A DNA stretch of 64,000 nucleotides from Octopus vulgaris. Its lineage: Eukaryota. The DNA lies in assembly GCA_951406725.2 (NCBI GenBank), contig OX597817.1:162998001-163062000 (forward strand). Reading direction: 5' to 3'. Position 1 is the first letter of the stretch; each line of letters opens with the position of its first letter. Positions 1 through 11,070 of this stretch are shown here, piece after piece. Below the pieces are notes generated by a model that was given only the letters and a program-made list of their open reading frames with translations, did not search any database and had not been told where the DNA came from. The translations under genes and the position numbers were made by a program.

Positions 1-23
1 TATTTTTTATTCTACCATTATAG

Positions 24-170
24 GACTTTCATGAAGAACATGCCCTACAAGCTTTCAAACGTCTTGATGACGATAAAACTGGCTATATCTCTGCTATGGA
101 TTTTGAAACTATCATGATTTCATTAAAAAGTTATCTATTAACACCATTTGTTAGAGATAATTTAGTCACA
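24..170 (+). CDS. SLC25A12: Aspartate/glutamate carrier (aralar/citrin) exon A, EF-hand region: DFHEEHALQAFKRLDDDKTGYISAMDFETIMISLKSYLLTPFVRDNLVT
   Basis: TAG acceptor at 21-23, GTAAGT donor at 171, 147 nt, phase 0/0. Resembles the aralar segment EHARQAF...LTPFVEENLV. Confidence 0.93.
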
Positions 171-310
171 GTAAGTCTGATTTATTATTATTTATATATA
201 CACACACACACACATATATATATGTGTGTGTGTGTGTGTGTAATTGACTTGTTTATTATTATTTTGTATAATTTATCATTTGGTGTCACTTCCATTTTTT
301 TCAGTATAAT

Positions 311-519
311 CTCTTTTACTCTTTTACTTGTTTCAGTCATTTGACTGCGGCCATGCTGGAGAACCGCCTTTAGTCGAGCAAATCGACCCCGGGACTTATT
401 CTTTGTAAGCCCAGTACTTATTCTATCGGGCTCTTTTGCCGAACCGCTAAGTGACGGGGACGTAAACACACCAGCATCGGTTGTCAAGCAATGCTAAGGG
501 GACAAACACAGACACACAA

Positions 520-550
<31 letters not shown>

Positions 551-932
551 CATATATATGACAGGACCCCCCCTGGCACCTGTGCAGGTGGCACGTAAAA
601 AGCACCCACTACACTCGCGGAGTGGTTGGCGTTAGGAAGGGCATCCAGCCGTAGAAACTCTGCCAGATCAGACTGGAGCCTGGAGCAGCCCCTGGCTTCC
701 CAGACCCCGGTCGAACCGTCCAACCCGTGCTAGCGCGGAAAGTGTACGTTAAACGATGATGATGATGATGACAGGCTTCTTTGAGTTTCCGTCTACCAAA
801 TCCACTCACAAGGCATTGGTCGGCCCGGGGCCATAGCAGAAGACACTTGCCCAAGATGCCACGCAGTGGGACTGAACCCGGAACCATGTGGTTGGTTAGC
901 AAGCTACTTACCACACAGCCACTCCTGCGCCT
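311..932 (-). mobile_element. tRNA-derived SINE family A, with a family C element nested at about 565-770
   Basis: tRNA-like head (TGGCTGTGTGGT...GGTTCAGTCCC), internal microsatellite, AAAAGAGT tail. Other copies near 2365-2650, 19930-20331, 23987-24370, 26030-26312, 28005-28357, 31167-31558, 36180-36345. Confidence 0.85.
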
Positions 933-1251
933 ATGATGCATTATGCTGAAAAAAAGGATAACTTTTAAACTTCTCTCAAACTTACTTGGGTATTGAAAGA
1001 ATTGCATTACAGCTATTTTATTTTTTTAGGCGCAGGCAAGGCTGTCTGGTTAAGAAGCTTACTTCCCAGCAATGTGTTCTTGGGTTCAGTCCCACTGAGC
1101 AGCACTTTAGCCAAGTGTCTTTTATTATAACCCTGGGATGACCAAAGCTTTGTGAGTGGATTTGGTATTGGGAAACTGTAAGAAGCCCGTCATATATGTG
1201 TGTATGTGTGTCTTTATTTTGATACCACATATTGTAAATGAATGTCATTCA

Positions 1252-1614
1252 TCTCTATATATGTAAATTGTGTGTGTGTGTGTGTGTGTTCTTTATACAA
1301 ATCCACAATTTTTCAGTTAGAGGGCTTGCACTTTCTATGGTCATTCAAAACCGTCCAAGGGTGGTCGTGCACATCTTTATATTTCCCCAGTCACCCCGCA
1401 AAGCCATTAAAAAATCAAAAGAAGTGACTTTTTTGTGAATTTTCTATCCAAAACCAAATCAAAATGCCCGAAACTTGATACGCCAATTGAAAGCCAGCTA
1501 GCTGTATGTCATTGGTCAGAGATTTGGACAGTACTTGCGTGTATGTGCGCATGCACGCAACTGTATATGCATGCACTAGCACTATGACCTGGCGTTGCCG
1601 GGTCATAGTGCTAG
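1252..1614 (+). mobile_element. Non-autonomous Helitron-like element, family 1
   Basis: 5' TC, 3' hairpin ending CTAG. Inserted at A|T without TSD inside a SINE (cattca|tttc; compare uninterrupted gtcattcatttcc near 36160). Confidence 0.82.
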
Positions 1615-2128
1615 TTTCTAATATTCTGTGAAAACATAGCTGAGGAAATGTTACCTTGCTTGGAATCAGGTTAGAGTTGGTGACCGGAAGGGCATCCTGC
1701 CATAGGAAATGTGCCCTAATAAACTCTGTGCAACCAATATAAGCATGAAAAAGTGGTTGTTAAAATGATGATGAACAGACCTACAATTTAAAGCATTCTA
1801 GCTATAATTATCCCATTTTTAAAGAGTATGTATAGAATTTTAAGAGTGCGTGTTGTTTCCTTATTTTAGACTGCAGTGTATGCTCAAGAGGGATTTGGCT
1901 GCTCTTTCTAGCAAGTTGGGTGACCATATAGAGAGGGAGGTAAAAATTGATCTCCCCCATATTCTACATATTCTTATAAGTTACCTTAATAAATAGATAT
2001 TATAACTGCTAATATATTGTTATTGTTCTTGTAGTTTATCTTAGCAGGTGAACATAACCATTAATGATTTGTTCATTAGCATGTAAGTGTTACTACCATT
2101 AACTTCCTTATTCTTGTTTACCTTGCAG

Positions 2129-2270
2129 GTCACCTTAGGAGGTGAACGCCACCGCCAAGTGAGCTACACCTACTTCATTGCCTTTATTTCCTTGTTGAAT
2201 AATATGGAACTTGTCAAAAAAGTTTATCTTGCTGCTTCTCAGAAGGATTTCACCAGAGAAGTAACAAAAG
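2129..2270 (+). CDS. SLC25A12: Aralar/citrin exon B: [47 protein letters not shown]
   Basis: Pyrimidine tract plus CAG acceptor, GTTAGT donor, phase 0/1. Conserved SLLNNMEL motif. Confidence 0.95.
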
Positions 2271-2904
2271 GTTAGTCAACATCATTGTTCTTAAGCAATT
2301 TAATTTAAGCTTTATACATTTCAGCCTCCCCCCCCCCCCCCGAAAACAACGACCCCACCCCCAAATGGCTGTGTGGTAAGTAGCTTGCTTACCAACCACA
2401 TGGTTCCGGGTTCAGTCCTACTGCATGGCACCTTGGGCAAGTGTCTTCTACTATAGCCTCGGGCCGACCAAAGCCTTGTGAGTGGATTTAGTAGACGGAA
2501 ATTGAAAGAAGTCCGTTGTATATATGTATACGATAGAATAAGTACTAGGCTTACAAAGAGTAAGTCCTGGGGTCAATTGGCTCGACTTAAGGCAGTACTC
2601 CAGCATGGCTACAGTCAAATGACTGAAACAAGTAAAAGAGTAAAAGAGCAAAGAGTATAAAAATCAAAAAGATCTACACCTCAAAGGACAGAACACTGCA
2701 TCTAAAAATGAGGGTAATAATCTGTTATATTATGCCATTTGCTTTTTGCGGTGGGGTAGAAACTTGGACCATATACACACAAAAATGGAGAAGATAGTGA
2801 CTTTTGAGATGTGGATCTTTTGCAGATTGGGCAGGGTAAGCTGGAAAGACAAAGTGATGAATGCTCCAGGACTAACAAAGTTGAAAGTCCAAAGATTGTT
2901 GTAG

Positions 2905-3135
2905 CGGCGAGTTGGTTGGATCGTTTGCATGCCGGGCGAAATGCTTGGCAGTATTTCGTCTGCCGCTACGTTCTGAGTACAAATTCTACCGAGGTCGACT
3001 TTGCCTTTCATCCTTTAGGGGTTGATAAATTAAGTACCAGTTACACACTGGGGTTGATTTAATCGATTTAATAACTTTGTGTGTCCTTGTTTGTCCCCTC
3101 TATATTTAGCCCCTTGTGAGCAATAAAGAAATAAG
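2905..3135 (+). mobile_element. SINE family B (core GTCGACTTTGCCTTTCATCCTTTCGGGGTCGATAAATTAAGTACC)
   Basis: GAGTTCAAAT B-box-like motif in most copies. Other copies near 6726-6915, 8612-8825, 25457-25722, 27222-27822, 42110-42342, 43738-43970, 62890-63095. Confidence 0.85.
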
Positions 3136-3434
3136 AATATGAAAGTCCAAAGATATCTATTGTTGAGAATTAAGTCCACAAAGCCATCATATTTTGGACA
3201 TAAAATGCACCATGAGTCATTGCCCAAGACTATCTTGACTGGAAGTGTGGAAGAGAAAAGAATAAGAAGCTGTCAAAGATGTTTGTGAACTTAACAACAT
3301 TAAAGAATAGACTGGATACAAGAACTTGGCTGGTTGTATGCATGCCACTCAACACAGAGAGATCTGGAAAGTCTTGGCAAGCTGACTCCTGGATACAAAG
3401 AAAGCATCTGGTCGGCTGATATTTTTGTGTCTTA

Positions 3435-3614
3435 CGAGGGTGTGCGGAAGATCAGTTAATTATGATTTTCTTCAACATGTTCCCCTCAGATTCTCACACT
3501 TATTGTAGTGGTCCTTCAGTTTTTCTAAGTCTTGTAAAAGAACTCGGACAGTTGGGCCTCCAACCAGGCTTTTCATGATATTCTTAAAGCCAGGAATTTT
3601 TCAGCATGCCTTCG
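3435..3614. mobile_element. Tc1/mariner-type MITE
   Basis: TA|CGAGGG...CCTTCG|TA termini. Related, oppositely oriented copy at 21180-21384. Confidence 0.7.
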
Positions 3615-3709
3615 TATCTAAAGTTTAGCTTCTCTCAGTATATCATTGTTATATAGTTTGATATTCTTACATTTGGAATGAATACATTTATGTCCATGTA
3701 TTTGATTAA

Positions 3710-3929
3710 CCCTTTCGTTACTGTATTTATTTTGAGATGTTCTGTCTTTCTTTCAATTACTTTAAATATAACAAAGAATTTAGTAAAAGAACTTAGTAAT
3801 CATTCAGTTAGTGTTAGGAACATAAATTGTGACTAAGGTTTGGTGGAAGATTTTAATTAAGAACTTGTGAAAACAAGACATTTGTACTCAGAGCCAGAGC
3901 CGGTTTCAGCCGAGTTGGTAACGAAAGGG
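3710..3929. mobile_element. piggyBac-type MITE, family 1
   Basis: TTAA TSD with CCCTTTCGTTAC...GTAACGAAAGGG termini. Confidence 0.85.
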
Positions 3930-5050
3930 TTAAGGAAGCGTGACCTGATGAAGCTTCAGCAGAGGGGTATGTAGAGAATAGAAATCTAGAAGTATTAGCT
4001 TAGATGAGCTGAGAAGATCCATTGGGCAAACAAAACATCAGTTTCCTTGGATTCTACTGTTTTTCTAAATAAATAAGCATGATTTGTCTTTTGAGAAAAC
4101 AGCATTTTTATACTAAGTCACTTGCTTCTGGTACCATGCAGTGGGACTGAACCTGAAACCATGTGTGGTTTAAAAGTGAACTTATTAACCACACAGCCAC
4201 TTCTTTCCTTCTTGGGTGCAGGTGTGGTCATGTGGTTAAGAAGTTCGTTTTTTTTAATGACTGCATGTCCTGGGTTCACATCCACTGCACAGACTCATAG
4301 GCATTTTTTCCATAGTCTTTGGTTGACCAAAGATCTTTGAGTGCAATTTGTTAGACAGAACATATAGAAGCCTGTTGTGTATGTATGTGTGTGTACATAC
4401 ACACACACACACAAACATGCCACCTGACTGGCTCCTGTGCCAGTGACATGTAAAAAGCACCATTTGAGCATGGTTGATGCCAGTGCTGCTTGATTGGTCT
4501 CCATGCCGGTGGCATGTAAAAGGCACCCACTGCACTCTCACAGTGGTTGGCATTGGGAGGGGCATCCAGCTGTGGAAGCCTTGCCATATCGGATTGGAGC
4601 CTGGTGCAGCCTCCTGGCTTGCCAGCCCTCAGTCAAACCGTCTAACCCATGCCAGCATGGAATGCGGATGTTAAACGATGATGATAATCATCGTTGTTCT
4701 ATATCTACTTTCTTTGAGGGGCATGAGTTGGATGGTTGTTACTACATTTCTGGATAGGTTTTGAGGAACCACATCTCACTTGTAGGTTTCATTTTTAGCT
4801 TGGTTTTTTTATGGCTGAATACCCTTTCTAACACCAACCACTTTAACATATTAAAGTACAATATGTGCATGTGAATGTATTTAATATCTCTCTTTCCTGC
4901 TTGTCTTTCCAGTGCTCAGTGTATCTCTTTATTCTCTCCATCTCATCTGTCTCTCTGCTCTTTCTCATTCAGCGTACATACATGCACACACACACGCTCT
5001 CTCTCTCCAACCATCTGTTCATTCATGTCGCTCTGTCTGTCTCTGGTCTT

Positions 5051-5330
5051 CATCATCATCGTTTAACATCCGCTCTCCATGCTAGCATGGGTTGGATGAT
5101 TGACTGAGGGCTGGTGAACCAGATGGCTGCACCAGGCCCCAATCTTGATCTGGCAGAGTTTCTACAGCTGTATGCCCTTCCTAACGCCAACCACTCTGAG
5201 AGTATAGTGGGTGCTTTTACATGCCACCGGCATGGGGCCAGTCAGGCAGTACTGGCGATGATCTCACTCGAATCTTTTACACATGCCACCGGCACAGGTG
5301 CCAATAAGGTGACGCTGGTGACGATCTTGC
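5051..5330 (-). mobile_element. Retroposon/SINE family C (GGCGTTAGGAAGGGCATCCAG core, (GAT)n tail)
   Basis: Many near-identical copies: about 4410-4685, 11432-11810, 18466-18690, 19000-19312, 29423-29630, 32108-32268, 43261-43670, 44670-44875, 45695-45910, 47385-47537, 56155-56355. Confidence 0.85.
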
Positions 5331-5518
5331 AGGCGATGCTGTCTTTATTCTCTTTGTGCTCACATGCTTCGCTATCACTCTATCCCCCCTCTCTCTCTCT
5401 CTATTCTTTGTTTTTTATACACTATTTTGGTTTTAATTTTTTTACCTTTCATTTTCTGTCTTTATCTAACCTTCCTTTTCACCTCTCTCTTCACAAATGC
5501 TTTGACTCTTTATTACAG

Positions 5519-5615
5519 AGGAATTACTATACCAAGCCCAGGACTTTGCTGCCCAACTTACTCCAATGGAAGTAGACATCCTTTTCCAGTTAGCTGGTCT
5601 TCGACAACAAACTGG
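5519..5615 (+). CDS. SLC25A12: Aralar/citrin exon C: (E)ELLYQAQDFAAQLTPMEVDILFQLAGLRQQT(G)
   Basis: CAG acceptor, GTGAGT donor, phase 1/2. QLTPMEVDILFQL matches aralar QVTPLEIDILYQL. This frame is not in the ORF track. Confidence 0.93.
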
Positions 5616-5791
5616 GTGAGTCACGACAGCAAATTTCCTCTTTATTGATATATTTAAAGCAGTACTATCCAAGATCTCCAATATTTATCAATTTAGTTTC
5701 AGCTTTGGATCAAACGCAAAGAATTTCATAATGTAATTTAATGGTTGGTAAAATATAGTTGCTGTTATCATTTTTAGCTGTTTAATTATCA

Positions 5792-6155
5792 CTAGCACTA
5801 TGACCCGGCATTGGTGGGTCATAGTGCTAGTGTATGCATATACAGCTGCATGTGTACGCACATACACGCAAGTACTGTCCAAATCTCCGACCAGTCACAT
5901 ACAGCTAGCTGGCATTCAATTGGTGTATCAAGTTTCAGGCATTTTGATTGGGTTTTGGATAGAAAATTCACAAATCAGTCACTTCTATTGATTTTTTAAT
6001 GGCTTTGCAGGATGACTGGGGAAATGTAAAGATGTGCATGACCACCCTTGGACGGTTTTGAATGACCATAGAAAGTGCGAGCCCTCTAACTGAAAAATTG
6101 TGGATTTGTATAAAGGACATGCACGCAGACATTTTGCCGTTTATATATATAGAGA
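5792..6155 (-). mobile_element. Non-autonomous Helitron-like element, family 1, inverted copy
   Basis: Reverse complement of 1252-1614, with TC and CTAG termini. Confidence 0.82.
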
Positions 6156-6913
6156 TAAGATAGGGCAAGCACTTAAAAGTAGAAGTTAGCTGTTGAATGG
6201 AGTTATAATTTCTAGATGGGATCTCTTGTTTTCCTAATGTTTTTGGAAAATGCAGAATGCCATAGTTGCTCAATTTCCATTCCTCGTTTACGTTGTCTTT
6301 TGTTACAAAGAATTATAACAGTGAAATAAAAATTAATGAAAAATAAAAAAGGTATCCCCATCTGTGGTAAGGTGGATGTCTTTTCTCAAAAATTGCAAAG
6401 ATCTGTTCAAAATTTCAGATTCCATTGAAAATGAAATAAGGAGCATAAACTATAAAGAAAATAAAAAAAAACAAAAACAAACAAGAAAGAAACCCTCTGT
6501 AGTGTTTCTGTTCAGACTTTCACTAAATGTACTTGCAAGCTATAAAGATATAGAGATAATAGCTAACAAGAGTATTTAAACCACCTGTAGCAGGTAGTAA
6601 CTGCAGTGTTTCTCAGAGACTCAACTATTTCTATTGTTATAAAAGCATGTTATTTACTTAGTTATTATAATGTGGAAGTGGCATAGAACAGATAAGAAAA
6701 ACACCTAATAGAACCTAGTTTACTAGGTGGCGAGCTGGCAGAAACGTTAGCACGCCAGGTGAAGTGCTTAGCGGTATTTCGTCTGCCGTTACATTCTGAG
6801 TTCAAATTCCGCTGAGGTCGACTTTGCCTTTCATCCTTTCGGGGTCGATAAATTAAGTACCAGTTACGCACTGGGGTTGATGTAACCGACTTGATTCCCT
6901 TTGTCTGTCCTTG

Positions 6914-7735
6914 TTTGAACATAAAATAGGTAAAAATATTTGGGCTGGTTATGGCTGGTTTAAATATTAAAGGGTTAAGCAAGTAATTATTTAAATATAC
7001 CACAATTTATCATTTTAAATAATTCCAGGATTGATTTTTTTTTTCATTTTAAGACTACCATACATTAACAATGTGCTGTTTAGCTTGACATCTCGGTAAT
7101 CAGTAATAATTTCTGTAAATATCAAAACAAACTAACAAACTGGACAGAAAATTAGATTAACAATACTCACTTTGCCCCGCATGTTACACAGAAAACCCAA
7201 TACGGTGCAGTTTACACTGTTTCTATTGGGTTTTCTGTGTAACATGCGGGGCAAAGTGAGTATTGTTAATCTAATTTTCTGTCCAGTTTGTTAGTTTGTT
7301 TTGATATTTACAGAAATTATTACTGATTATTGAGATGTCAAGCTAAACAGCACATTGTTAATGTATGGTAGTCTTAAAATGAAAAAAAAAATCAATCCTG
7401 GAATTATTTAAAATGACAAATTGTGGTATATTTAAATAATTACTTGCTTAACCCTTTAGTGTTCAGATTATTCTATCAAACATAATGCTTATTGATTCCC
7501 ATTGATTTGAATTAATCATGCATTATCTCATATCTTCAAGATCTTGATGGTGTAATTACTTAATGTAGAATAACATTGTAGGGTAGGTGTGAGGGCCTGG
7601 ATCTGGTCAGCTTGAACATAAAACAGATTAGCTATTTTGGCCGGATATGGCCGGTTTAAATACTAAAGGGTTAACCCTTTAATATTTAAACCAGCCATAA
7701 CCAGCCCAAATATTTTTTACCTATTTTATGTTCAA
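6914..7735. repeat. Long inverted duplication (core arms 6968-7202 and 7224-7458)
   Basis: Near-perfect reverse complementarity around a 21-nt spacer. The match resumes at 7671-7735 after a MITE. Confidence 0.92.
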
Positions 7736-7895
7736 AATAGCCAGATCTGACCTCTTACACCTACCCAACAATGCCATTCTAAAAGTAGACAATCACACCA
7801 TTGAAATCTCAAAGTTAGAATATAATGCATGATTAATTCAAAATGATGTGAATAAATAAGCATTACATTTGACAGAATAATCTGAATGCCAAAAG
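7452..7895. mobile_element. Two adjacent, oppositely oriented piggyBac-type MITEs, family 2 (7452-7670 and 7675-about 7895)
   Basis: TTAA|CCCTTTAG...CTAAAGGG|TTAA. The two copies share one TTAA. Confidence 0.8.
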
Positions 7896-8169
7896 GTGAA
7901 GCTCTTTGCTCCCTATCATTCATAGGCCAAGGGCAACTTTTCTGGCCTTGTTGGTTTTGAATTATTTGTGTAACTTTTTTTTTTTTTTAACTAGGTAGGA
8001 GTATTGGCCTTATGCAAACTCATTTTTATCTCTAGGAATAGGTGGTCCATTTTAGTTTGGCCATTCTCCTTTGACGTGTTCCAATATGGGATGTCCTACC
8101 CAGCATTTGTACTCTGCTGGTATAACTATCGGGGTTGTTGAGGCACACATGCAACTAAACTGCAACAAG

Positions 8170-8290
8170 AATAGAACCTTGTGGTGGACATGGATTTACA
8201 ATAGAACCTTGTGGTGGACATGGATTTACAATAGAACCTTGTGGTGGACATGGATTTACAATAGAACCTTGTGGTGGACATGGATTTACA
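8170..8290. repeat. 30-bp minisatellite, 4 copies (AATAGAACCTTGTGGTGGACATGGATTTAC)
   Basis: Four perfect tandem copies. Confidence 0.95.
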
Positions 8291-8443
8291 AACATGTCAA
8301 ATGATCAGCTGTCAATCCTTCTCAACCATTCCCATTCTGTCTGTATTCATGTATAAGTCTTTGCTTGTTTGTATATGTCTGTATGTATTATAGCATTGTG
8401 TTTTTAATATTTGGTTTCCAATAAGGATTTCAACTATCTATAT

Positions 8444-8879
8444 CAGTCATGGGCAACCTTTTTTAAGAAGTGGGCTCATCATCAGGTAGGTTGCACATGG
8501 CTCATCATTAGTTAGACTGCACATGGCTCATCATCAGGTAGGCTGCACTACTATAAAAATTTAAGGTAATTTTAATAAACACTGTTTACCCTGTGAAATT
8601 TGGTGCACCATTAAGACAGCAAGCTGGCAGAATTGTTAGCATGCTGGACAAAATGCTCAGCTGCATTTCATTCATCTTGACATTCTGAGTTCAAATTCTG
8701 CTGAGGTCAACTTTACCTTTTATCCTTTTGGGGTCGATAAAATAAGTACCAGTTGAGTACTGGGGTCAATGTAATCGACTTACCCCCACTCCCAAAATTG
8801 TTGGCCTTGTGTCAAAACTTGAAACCCTAATTAGGCATACCATTGAAAATGTCCCACAGGCTGCAGTTTGCCATGACTG
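8444..8879. mobile_element. hAT-type MITE with nested SINE B
   Basis: CAGTCATGGGCAA...TTGCCATGACTG termini. Degenerate 8-bp TSD ATCTATAT/GTCTAGAT. Confidence 0.65.
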
Positions 8880-9045
8880 GTCTAGATTATATGAATATAC
8901 TTTAAAAATATCATTTTATTTAATTAGCATTCATTTACTGATTAGTTTATTGAAACATTAATGCTTGATTTAAAAAATTTTTGTTCTTAAGGAATAATTG
9001 CACAAAGTTATTTGTCTTTTTTTTTTTGTCATGTTTTTGTTTCAG

Positions 9046-9063
9046 CGTTAGAAGAAGTTTTGG
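9046..9063 (+). CDS. Candidate 18-nt microexon, (G)VRRSF(G)
   Basis: Long T-rich tract plus CAG, GG|GTGAGA donor, phase 2/2, no stop. Confidence 0.55.
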
Positions 9064-10823
9064 GTGAGACATTATAATTTTATTTTGGTGATATTTGGTG
9101 TTGTATATTTTTAAAATTCACTTCAGATTCGCCTGCCAGCTTGAAAGATACCCAAGGTTTTCTCCTCTCCCTAAAAGCAAATGTTTCATGTTAATGGGTA
9201 TTTCTCTTAATTAGTATTGCTGATACCATATTTAGAAAAATCAGTTGTGTTTACTTTTTTCATGTGTGTGTGTGTTGTAGTTTATTCCATGCTAGCTAGA
9301 AAACCAATATAATTTTTTTTTGTTAGTGAATTACAGTAGAAAGAATACTCTAAACTATGTTGTAGCATCATTAGAAGACAGTTATTGTGTCATTGTTCCC
9401 CTCATTATTTGTAAATTTGTGTATCTCTGTTTAATGTCCATATCTATACAAGTGATTCTGTGTGCTGCCCTCTGAAAAATATTTTCATAAAACACGATTA
9501 ATAAAGTTTGGATTATTTTCTTTACTATTAGGCCATAAATAATTAATTATATAACCTGACTCATGATAATTAGTAGAATAGAAGTTGCTGTAACAAATGA
9601 ATAAAATATCAAATTCTTTTATTGATTACAACATACCATTTGATATTCTCTAGTTGTACAAACAGCTTCATAAGATTAAATATATATCGCAAGCTTAAAA
9701 ACAGCTCCACACTTTCACAAATTCAAGTTTTTTTTCGTATCAGTTGATACCAGGAGTTTTTTTTTCTGTTTAACTTTACACATTTTGTATACATAGAACC
9801 AGAGTCTGTCTCAGATTATTTGTTATAAAAAGATTAAATTACTTCAAAATTTTATTACTTCAAAACTTGATTTCTCAGTCTTAATGGCATTCTGCACCAA
9901 ATACCTCAGTATCATTATTTTAGATATAAATGTTCTAATTTAGAAACAGCTGGAGGAAGTGGGGGAGAGTTAATACTGCATAACTAAATGGGAAAGGATA
10001 GTTACTAGTCAAGTAAGAGACTGTTTGTAAACAATTAACAGATGGATTAGTGCCGTAATGTTCAGATTGCAATGAAATGCAACTAGCAATTACTGAAAGG
10101 GAGATGTTGAGAGCAGTAGAACTCTAATCAGCAGCATCAGGTAGATTTCTTTAATTATGAATAGGGTGTAATGTTTCAGGCTTCCATAATCTCTGGCAGT
10201 TACTACTAGAAGGAGATAAAGGTGGTGCTCCAGCATAGCTAAATAACCGAAGATAAACTGTTTTGGATGCTCAAAGAACATGGCACCTGAGTAATAGGTA
10301 AAGAGAGAACTGAACTGGACTTGTGATAAGGCAGGAGAAATAGATGTTCATTCTGTCAGTAAATGTGGTTCTGATATTTACCATTTGATGTTTTGCAAAC
10401 AACTTGTGCATGCAAGTGCTACCAGTCAAAAGCTCTGTATACCAGAAGCCAGCAAGTGTATGGGGTCATCATGAGAGAATGCACGCCATTTCAGGGCCTA
10501 CCTCTTGATGGCATCATTGCGCTCCCTCACTGAAATGAGGCCCTGATTGCTAGATCAACTGGTTATCAAATAAGCTCAATATTCTTCTAGCCATCGCTCA
10601 TCGTCTCTTTTTAACCAAATCCAGTGGCTAACCTTTTCACTGTAGTTTGGCTATTGTTCTATTGTTCATGGTGGTATTTACGTTATGATGAGTTAAGCCT
10701 AATGATAACAATGGTATAGGAAGAATAGAAGAGCCTCATATTTGTGCAAATAAATTCAGCAATGGATCATAATACACTGCTACTGTTAAGAAAAAAAAAA
10801 AAAATTCAGTGTGCAAATAATGA

Positions 10824-11070
10824 CAGAAGTTTAAAAATTGATGTCAGTTATATGTGAACTTCGGAAGTACTTCAGTATTTTACTTGTACAGAAACTTGCA
10901 TATTTTGGTAAACTATAATTGAATATTTGGATTCTGGTTTATGGAAAAGTAGAGAAGTTTAAAAATTGATGTCAGTTATATGTGAACTTTGGAAGTACTT
11001 CAGTATTTTACTTGTACAGAAACTTGCATATTTTGGTAAACTATAATGAATATTTATTCGGTTTATGGAA
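10824..11070. repeat. Direct tandem duplication, about 129-bp unit, 2 copies
   Basis: AGAAGTTTAAAAATTGATGTCAG... repeated. Confidence 0.9.

Noticed and set aside
188-1007. Recurrent ORFs such as LDALPNANHS and KAVLQHGRSQMTET
   Set aside because: Translations of multi-copy SINEs, not genes.
8071-8304. ORF with NRTLWWTWIY repeats
   Set aside because: Artefact of the 30-bp minisatellite.
9127-9156. 30-nt in-frame segment (FACQLERYP) after a CAG, 63 nt downstream of the candidate microexon
   Set aside because: The donor GTTTTC is weak and the pyrimidine tract is short. Only worth revisiting if junction reads appear.
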